Shown: positions 54,436-61,280 of the stretch, piece after piece
Layout: each line of letters begins with the position of its first letter
Position numbering within the stretch: position 1 is the stretch's first letter
Assembly (NCBI GenBank): GCA_026129095.1
Contig: JAHCIT010000008.1
Coordinates: forward strand, 7,021-71,020
Source: Deltaproteobacteria bacterium
GTDB taxonomy: Bacteria; JAGRBM01; JAHCIT01
Reading direction: 5' to 3'
DNA: 64,000 bases
Notes under the pieces: model-generated
The model's input: the letters and a program-made list of their open reading frames with translations, nothing else
What the model was told of the DNA's origin: nothing
Database searches by the model: none
Program-made: the position numbers and the translations under genes

Positions 54436-55133
54436 TTCGGCGAGCTGCGTACATCGCGGGTCCGATCGGAAAGCTGCTCACGGGAACCGCCGACCAGCGG
54501 GTCATCACTGCCCTCGATGCGCCCGCCGGCTTCGGCCAGCTTGACGACAAAATCCACCACCTCGCTGGAAGCCCAGTCCACCGGACCAAAAATCTTCTTT
54601 GCCACGTTGCCTTCCAGATCAATCACGTAGGTTTCGGGATAACGGAACGTCCCGTACCGCCGGGCGATCCGGCTGTCCTTGTCCCAGATGACCGGCATGG
54701 AGATGTTCAGGCGTCCGGTGAAGTCCCGGGCAATGCTCTCGCGGACATCCTCGTTGATGGCGATCAGTTCCACACCCTTGTCGCGGGTCAGCCGGTACAG
54801 CTGCTCCAGGTCGGGCATCTCCTTGATACACGGGTCGCACCAGGAGGCCCAGAAGTTCAGGATGATCACGCGCCTGCCCCGTTCGGCGGCCAGATCGAAG
54901 GTTTCGCCTGTCAGGAAGGTTCCGGTAAAGACCGGCGCCTCTTGGCCGGGCAGCGGGAACCGGTTGTCCATGTCCTTCGGAAACCGGAGGAACATGCCGG
55001 CTACCACGGCCACGGCAATGCCCAGAACCACCAGAAAGCCGGTAATGGACGGCTTTTCGGCCTCACGCGGCAGGGCGCCAGGAGCGTTGGGTTCGGTTTT
55101 GCCTGCGTCTGTCATCAGCTTCACCACGGTCAC
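54432..55133 (-). CDS. TlpA-family thiol:disulfide oxidoreductase (thioredoxin fold, membrane-anchored)
   Basis: 233 aa; TM anchor then WASWCDPC active-site motif. Confidence 0.85.
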   Translation of the reverse strand: MTVVKLMTDAGKTEPNAPGALPREAEKPSITGFLVVLGIAVAVVAGMFLRFPKDMDNRFPLPGQEAPVFTGTFLTGETFDLAAERGRRVIILNFWASWCDPCIKEMPDLEQLYRLTRDKGVELIAINEDVRESIARDFTGRLNISMPVIWDKDSRIARRYGTFRYPETYVIDLEGNVAKKIFGPVDWASSEVVDFVVKLAEAGGRIEGSDDPLVGGSREQLSDRTRDVRSSPN

Positions 55134-55372
55134 GGCTCAATGGCCAGCGCCTTCTGCAACGCATCCCGGTCCAGCCGGTAACGGCAGACTTCCCTGCCGT
55201 CCACTTTGACCACCGGGATGTGGATTTCAAGCTCGGACAGGAGGCGGGCGTCGGCTTCGATATTGATCTTGTGAACCCGGAAACCAAGACCAGCCGCCAG
55301 CCCTTTCAGTTCCTTTTCTGCCTCATCACAAAGGCAGCAGCCGGGGCGGCCATAAAGCTCAACCGTTTTCAC
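55130..55372 (-). CDS. glutaredoxin-like small thioredoxin-fold protein
   Basis: 80 aa; N-terminal VELYGRPGCCLCDEA (CxxC); overlaps the TlpA-like gene by 4 nt. Confidence 0.7.
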   Translation of the reverse strand: MKTVELYGRPGCCLCDEAEKELKGLAAGLGFRVHKINIEADARLLSELEIHIPVVKVDGREVCRYRLDRDALQKALAIEP

Positions 55373-55397
55373 AAGACCATCCGGCGCCAGCCACCGG

Positions 55398-57566
55398 TCA
55401 GTTCGTCCCCTGCCAGTCGATCTGCTTGACCGGCTTCATTCCCTTGAACTGCTCGTAAACCCGGTTGTTCACGAACAGCTCGAACAGGTCGCGGTCCAGA
55501 TGGTTGGCATCCACTTCCGCCTTGATGATCTCCAGCGCCTTCGGGATAGGCATGGGCGGCTTGTAGGGACGGTCACGGGCCGTCAGGGCCTCAAATATGT
55601 CGAGAAGCGCCAGAATCTTGGCCTGAGTGAGAAGCTGCTCGCTCTTCAGGCCATGCGGATAGCCCGTTCCGTCGATCTTCTCGTGATGGGAACCAGCGAT
55701 GTGCGGGACGTTCTTGAGGGACTTCGGCCAGGGAATCTTCCGCAGGATTTCCCAGGTGTAGGCAATGTGGCTCTCGATGATCTCGCGTTCCTTTCCGGTC
55801 AGGTTCCCCCGCCGGACGACCAGGTTCTCGACCTCGAATTCGCCGAGCAGCGGCTTTACCGTGCCATCGGTGTCGGTCATCGTCCGCTTCGAGATTTCCT
55901 GGACCTTGGCCACTTCCTCGTCCGAAACGAACCCCCGCTTGTTGATGTCCATCAGCAGCAGGATTTCCGACTGGATGCGGTCGATGTCTTCCTTCACCTT
56001 TCCCGCCGGCTCGTCGCCGGGCCTGAGATCCCCCGCCCGGTAAGCGGCTTCCATCCGCTGGAACTTGAGCATTTCGAACCGGCGGCGGACGGCTTCCATC
56101 TGCTCGGGCGCAAGCTTGTGGGCCTTGGTGAGCACCGCCTCACGGACTGCGATCTTGCCCACGTCATGCAGATAGCTGGCGTATTTGAGTTCCCGGAGTT
56201 CCTCGTCGCTGAACTTCACCCCCGCAAACGGCCCCGATGTCTGCTCGTTGATGATCCGGGCCATCGTCTGGGCGTACTGGACCAGACGGTAGCTGTGACC
56301 GCCAGTGGCCGTATCCCGGTATTCCAGTGTGGCGGCGAACGACTGGGCCAGCGCCTCGAACAGTTTTTCCACGTCGTCGATCAGTTTCACCTTCTCGATC
56401 GAAACGGCCGCCTGCGAGGCCAGCGACAGGAGCAGCTGGCTGTCGGCATCGTCGAATATCGTGACGTGCCGGGGGGTATCCTCCGGCTTGTCGAGAATGG
56501 TTGCGAAGTTCTTCTTCTTGTTGATGAGCTGGATGACGCCCGTGATCTCGCCCCGGTGATTCCGCATCGGTACCACCAGCATTGACACGGAACGGTAACC
56601 CGACTTCTTGTCGAAACCGGAGTTGAACGAGAACGGCGAACCTTCCGGCAGGCTATAGACGTCGGCGATGTTCAGTATCTCGCCCTTGGCAGCCACATAG
56701 CCCGAAATGGACGCCGTGCTCACCGGCATGGCGAACGAGACAAACGGGATGCTGAGCGAATCGTTCTGCGAGCAGGTGAACCGGAGCTGCTTCGGGAACT
56801 CCTTTTCACGTCGGTACGGCAAGGGCGGGTTCTTCTGGTTTTCCTCGGGCTCACCCTCCTCGATGAGATAGAGCGAGCCCGCGTCGGCACTTGTCGCCCG
56901 CCGGCACTCAAACAGGATCATGTCCAGAAGCCGCTGCAGGTTGCTTTCGGTCGAAAGGGCCGTCCCGATCCGGTAGAGCTTGTCGATCTGGTCGGAGGCG
57001 CGGCCAAGCCGGGCCTCCATGTCGCCCAGACGCAGGCTTGAGCCCACCAGTTCCAGCGAGTTCAGCACCGACAGCGCCAGCGCATCGGGATCAATCGGCT
57101 TGGAAACGAGTTCCGTCACCCCGAATGCCTTGACCAGTTTCTGGTTATGGGCACGCCGTCTGGGGGAATACATTGCCACCACCCGGTGCGGAGAACTGCG
57201 GCTGGCGAGAACCTTGGCAAGCCCCCTGGTGTTGGCAGGCAGATGATCGAGATCCATGACCACGGCCGCCGGGAAATCGTGCTGAAGCGTTTCCTCCAGA
57301 CTCTCGACGTCTTCGACCCACAGTTTCGGCGTGCCGGCCGGTATCTCCTTGCTCGCCCTGGAGACGGGGACGGAGCGTTCAACCGCCAGGAAGATGACGG
57401 ACGGGCGCTGGTCTTTCGCCATTGACGCGGTGCTCATCGGTTTGCCGATCCCCTTATATAGGCGCTTCAGAATGCCGCCGGTTCGCCCTGCTGCTGTGCT
57501 ATCCGGTGACAACGCTATCACACCGTTCCGAAACGGCAAAAGCAGGGGAATACCCCGTTGCCCCAC
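55398..57566 (-). CDS. REC-like/GAF/HD-GYP domain protein (putative c-di-GMP phosphodiesterase)
   Basis: 722 aa; C-terminal HD-GYP blocks YLHDVGK and HHEKIDGTGYPHGL; central GAF-like region; N-terminal receiver-like fold with atypical acidic pocket; start probably the internal ATG near 57437. Confidence 0.88.
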   Translation of the reverse strand: MGQRGIPLLLPFRNGVIALSPDSTAAGRTGGILKRLYKGIGKPMSTASMAKDQRPSVIFLAVERSVPVSRASKEIPAGTPKLWVEDVESLEETLQHDFPAAVVMDLDHLPANTRGLAKVLASRSSPHRVVAMYSPRRRAHNQKLVKAFGVTELVSKPIDPDALALSVLNSLELVGSSLRLGDMEARLGRASDQIDKLYRIGTALSTESNLQRLLDMILFECRRATSADAGSLYLIEEGEPEENQKNPPLPYRREKEFPKQLRFTCSQNDSLSIPFVSFAMPVSTASISGYVAAKGEILNIADVYSLPEGSPFSFNSGFDKKSGYRSVSMLVVPMRNHRGEITGVIQLINKKKNFATILDKPEDTPRHVTIFDDADSQLLLSLASQAAVSIEKVKLIDDVEKLFEALAQSFAATLEYRDTATGGHSYRLVQYAQTMARIINEQTSGPFAGVKFSDEELRELKYASYLHDVGKIAVREAVLTKAHKLAPEQMEAVRRRFEMLKFQRMEAAYRAGDLRPGDEPAGKVKEDIDRIQSEILLLMDINKRGFVSDEEVAKVQEISKRTMTDTDGTVKPLLGEFEVENLVVRRGNLTGKEREIIESHIAYTWEILRKIPWPKSLKNVPHIAGSHHEKIDGTGYPHGLKSEQLLTQAKILALLDIFEALTARDRPYKPPMPIPKALEIIKAEVDANHLDRDLFELFVNNRVYEQFKGMKPVKQIDWQGTN

Positions 57567-57593
57567 GGACTCCGGGGGAGTACCTTAAGAAGC

Positions 57594-59399
57594 GTGACCA
57601 CTCCGAACCGGATCACTGTGCCCGCCCTGACCCAGATGCTGCTGAAGGGAGGGCTGATCGAGGCCGAGGCCGCGCGTGAAATCACATCCAGCGAGCGGAC
57701 GCTCGCGGATGCCATTTCCAAGGAACGCAGCGCCATGTATTCGCGTCTGGGCCTCACGGGCGAGGCAGCCCGGCCCTCTCCGGTGGATATCGTCGCGCAC
57801 CTGAACCTCCAGATTCCCGCCCAACCCGGCAAATACCTGAACGAGGACCGGATAGCCCAGTTTCTCGCCGAAACGTACAAAATCCCTTACAAGAAAATCA
57901 TTCCGCTGGAACTGGACCCCAACTTCGTCACGACCCAGTTACCCAAGGCCTATGCCCAGCGGCATATGGTCATACCCCTGTCGAATGACAACGGCGTGAC
58001 CGTCGTGGCCATTCCTGACCCGGCGGCATTGCCGGTACTGCAGGAACTGGAGCAGCGGCTTTCCCGCAAATTCAGGCCCGTGATCTCCTCGCGCTCGGAC
58101 ATCCTCAAGGTCATCAGCGAGTTCTGGGGCCTCCGGCAATCACTGGAGAAGGCAAAGCACGAGTTCCAGGGCGAGACGGTGGACCTGGGAAACCTGGAAT
58201 CCCTGTTCGATCTCAAGGCCGGCTCAGAAATCGAGGCCAACGACCGGCAGATCATCCGGATCGTTGACTACCTGTTCGCCTATGCCATCGACCAGCGGGC
58301 AAGCGACATCCACTATGAGCCCAAGCGGGACCGCGCATCCATCCGGCTGCGGATCGACGGCCATCTGCACGAGGTCGTCCAGCTTCCCCGCCCGGTTCTC
58401 AATGCCATCGTCAGCCACATCAAGACCCGCGCCCGGCTGGATATCGCCGAAAAGCGCCGTCCGCAGGACGGACGCACGAAGGTCTCCCATTACGGCCGGG
58501 AGGTGGAGATGCGCGTCTCCATCGTCCCGGTGGCATTTGGCGAAAAACTGGTCATCCGACTTCTGAACGCCAGCGCCTACCTGCAGCCACTGGACAGCCT
58601 CGGATTCTTCCCGCGTGACCTGGTGCAGTTCCGGTCCATGCTCGCTTCGGCGAACGGGCTCGTCCTCGTCACCGGTCCTACCGGCAGTGGAAAGACGACA
58701 ACGCTCTATTCGGGTCTGAAAGAGGTGTCCCGACCTGACCTCTCCATCACGACAATCGAGGACCCTATCGAGATGGTGATCGAGGAGTTCAACCAGATCG
58801 CCGTCAATCCCAAGATCGAGCTCAGCTTCGCCGATGCCCTGCGGGTGGTGCTCCGGCAGGATCCCGACATCATCATGGTGGGCGAGATACGCGACCCCGA
58901 AACCGCACAGGCCGCCATCCAGGCGGCACTCACCGGCCATCTGGTGCTGGCAACGTTGCACACGAACGACGCTCCCACGGCCGTGACGCGGCTTCTGGAC
59001 CTTGGCGTGGAGGACTACCTCATCGCCTCCACGGTGATCGGCGTGGTCGCCCAGCGTCTGCTCCGCTCGGTCTGCAACGATTGTGCCGAGGCGGCCTCGC
59101 TCACACCCGAGCAGATGGAGGAGCTGAAACTGCCCGCCAAGGGCATGCCGCCGCTGCCGGTCAAGAAGGCCATCGGCTGCCCGGCCTGCCGCTATTCCGG
59201 CTATCAGGGGCGGGCCGGCATCTATGAAGTGATGCCGATGACGGACAAGATCCGCAAGCTGGTGAGGACCAATCCCGACGTGGTGGAAATCCGCAAATCC
59301 TCCATTGATGACGGCATGATCACGCTCCGCGAAGCAGCCGTCAAGAAACTCGCCATGGGCGTCACCACGTTCGAGGAAGTGCTGCGTGCCACCGTCTGA
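57594..59399 (+). CDS. GspE/PilB-family secretion/pilus assembly ATPase
   Basis: Walker A GPTGSGKTTT, Asp/His boxes, C-terminal tetracysteine CNDC...CPAC; start placed at GTG 57594 (track start 57558; ATG 57636 is an alternative). Confidence 0.9.
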   Translation: MTTPNRITVPALTQMLLKGGLIEAEAAREITSSERTLADAISKERSAMYSRLGLTGEAARPSPVDIVAHLNLQIPAQPGKYLNEDRIAQFLAETYKIPYKKIIPLELDPNFVTTQLPKAYAQRHMVIPLSNDNGVTVVAIPDPAALPVLQELEQRLSRKFRPVISSRSDILKVISEFWGLRQSLEKAKHEFQGETVDLGNLESLFDLKAGSEIEANDRQIIRIVDYLFAYAIDQRASDIHYEPKRDRASIRLRIDGHLHEVVQLPRPVLNAIVSHIKTRARLDIAEKRRPQDGRTKVSHYGREVEMRVSIVPVAFGEKLVIRLLNASAYLQPLDSLGFFPRDLVQFRSMLASANGLVLVTGPTGSGKTTTLYSGLKEVSRPDLSITTIEDPIEMVIEEFNQIAVNPKIELSFADALRVVLRQDPDIIMVGEIRDPETAQAAIQAALTGHLVLATLHTNDAPTAVTRLLDLGVEDYLIASTVIGVVAQRLLRSVCNDCAEAASLTPEQMEELKLPAKGMPPLPVKKAIGCPACRYSGYQGRAGIYEVMPMTDKIRKLVRTNPDVVEIRKSSIDDGMITLREAAVKKLAMGVTTFEEVLRATV

Positions 59400-60426
59400 G
59401 GTCCATCCCCCAAAATCGGTAGCAGTGGTGGGGGCCGGTTCATGGGGGACCGCGCTCGCCCACCTGCTGGCGTCCAAGGGCTACGAAGTCCGTATCTGGG
59501 GCAGGGACGCCGACGTGGTGGAAAGCCTCAACCGCCGCCACACGACCAAATACCTCCCCGGCGTCAACATACACCCCAGCCTCCGGGCCACGGGGGAGCT
59601 CACTGAAGCGGTCCGGGGCGCGTCGATGGTCGTGGGGGCCGTTCCGAGCCAGTTCACTCGGAATGTCTTCGAGCAGGTCCGCGATCACCTGTCACATGAC
59701 GCCATCGTCGTCATCGCTTCCAAGGGCATTGAAACCACGACACTCATGACCATGAGCGAGGTGATGCAGGATGTCCTGCCGTTCGAGCGGCATGGCCGCC
59801 TGTGCTTCATCTCCGGGCCGAGCTTCGCCCTCGAAGTAGCCAGGGGTTTTCCCACCGTCGTCACGGTGGCCGGCGAGAACCCGCGTATCGCCCGGACGGT
59901 CCAGCACTGGTTCCATGCGCCCTCTTTCCGGGTGTACACGAGCTATGACGTGGTCGGGGTGGAACTGGGCGGCGCACTCAAGAACGTCATCGCCATCGCA
60001 GCCGGGGCGCTGGAAGGCATTGGGGCGGGAAACAACATCCAGGCGGCCCTCATCACCCGCGGCATCGCGGAAATGACCCGGCTCGGCATCAAGCGGGGGG
60101 CCAATCCCCTCACCTTCGCGGGACTCACGGGCATGGGCGACCTCATCCTCACCTGCACGGGACAGCTCTCGCGCAACCGGAGCGTCGGCCTTCGGCTCGG
60201 CAGGGGCGACAAGATCGACGGCATTCTCAAGGGAATGGACCAGGTGGCCGAAGGCGTCGAAACCTCGCGCTCGGCCTATATGCTCGCCCAGAAGGAAAGC
60301 GTCGAGCTGCCCATCATGGAGCAGGTCTACCGGGTGCTGCATGAGGGCAAGGAGATCCGGCAGGCCATCCAGGACATCATGGCCCGTGAGCTGAAGGCGG
60401 AACTGGACTACCTGACGAGCGGATAA
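59386..60426 (+). CDS. gpsA: NAD(P)H-dependent glycerol-3-phosphate dehydrogenase
   Basis: 346 aa; VAVVGAGSWGTALA Rossmann motif; GTG start overlapping the 3' end of the upstream ATPase gene by 14 nt. Confidence 0.92.
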   Translation: MPPSEVHPPKSVAVVGAGSWGTALAHLLASKGYEVRIWGRDADVVESLNRRHTTKYLPGVNIHPSLRATGELTEAVRGASMVVGAVPSQFTRNVFEQVRDHLSHDAIVVIASKGIETTTLMTMSEVMQDVLPFERHGRLCFISGPSFALEVARGFPTVVTVAGENPRIARTVQHWFHAPSFRVYTSYDVVGVELGGALKNVIAIAAGALEGIGAGNNIQAALITRGIAEMTRLGIKRGANPLTFAGLTGMGDLILTCTGQLSRNRSVGLRLGRGDKIDGILKGMDQVAEGVETSRSAYMLAQKESVELPIMEQVYRVLHEGKEIRQAIQDIMARELKAELDYLTSG

Positions 60427-60429
60427 AAG

Positions 60430-61170
60430 CTAGTTGGCGTCCCGTCCCTGATTCCACCGGGTCCATTCATCGTTAAGCGTCTTCTCGCTGATGGGTGCGA
60501 TTGCGGGCGGCGGCCCGCCCGCGAGCCCCACTGTCACCGACTGGCGCGTCTGGATGAGCAGCTTGGTCCACTCCTCGCGGGAAATGTCACGCGGTCCCGG
60601 CACGTCACGCGGGGCGACGATAATCTGCCCCGGTTTGGGCACGTCAATCGGCCTGAACGGGTTGTAGACCTCGACCGCTCCCTTGAATACGTCGATCTTC
60701 AGGTTGTCGCCCGTGACGGCGTAGTTGAACACCGTTCCGCGCACGGCGGCTCCGGCAAAGGGCGAGTTGATCTTGAAGTCGTCGTTCGCGCCAAGCGCCG
60801 AAATGGACGCCCAGACCTGGCCCTGCTCCACGTCCAGCTGGATATCGCGCTTCTGCTGTTCCTGCTCCAGCAGCTTGACGAGATCGACGATGGTGTTCTC
60901 GTCCAGTCGGACCGTCTTGCCCGATTCGATGGAAACTTCCGCCCGGGACTTGCGCTTGGTCTGCATGGTGTCGCCCGATTCGACGGTGGACTTCTCCGGC
61001 ACGGGAACCCAATCGGTTCCGGCCTTTTTCTTTTCCGTCTCGCCGCGAACATATGTCACCAGCCCCCGCTCGTCGGCGGCATCCGTGCCCGCGGCCAGCT
61101 GGAAGCTGAAAACCACGAAACCGGACAGGACCACGGCGAACGAAACGGCGGCGGATTTGAGCGGACTCAT
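60430..61170 (-). CDS. secreted FecR-domain protein
   Basis: 246 aa; signal peptide MSPLKSAAVSFAVVLSGFVVFSFQLAAG; beta-rich C-terminal region consistent with FecR-type sensor domains. Confidence 0.68.
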   Translation of the reverse strand: MSPLKSAAVSFAVVLSGFVVFSFQLAAGTDAADERGLVTYVRGETEKKKAGTDWVPVPEKSTVESGDTMQTKRKSRAEVSIESGKTVRLDENTIVDLVKLLEQEQQKRDIQLDVEQGQVWASISALGANDDFKINSPFAGAAVRGTVFNYAVTGDNLKIDVFKGAVEVYNPFRPIDVPKPGQIIVAPRDVPGPRDISREEWTKLLIQTRQSVTVGLAGGPPPAIAPISEKTLNDEWTRWNQGRDAN

Positions 61171-61280
61171 CAGAACTGTCTCCTGCTTGCCCGTGCTTCC
61201 CCTTCAGGAAGAAGCCGGCACTTCGGGCCGGACGCTATTAGAACCTGCCGGAACGGGCAATTTCGGTGATTCACGTTACA

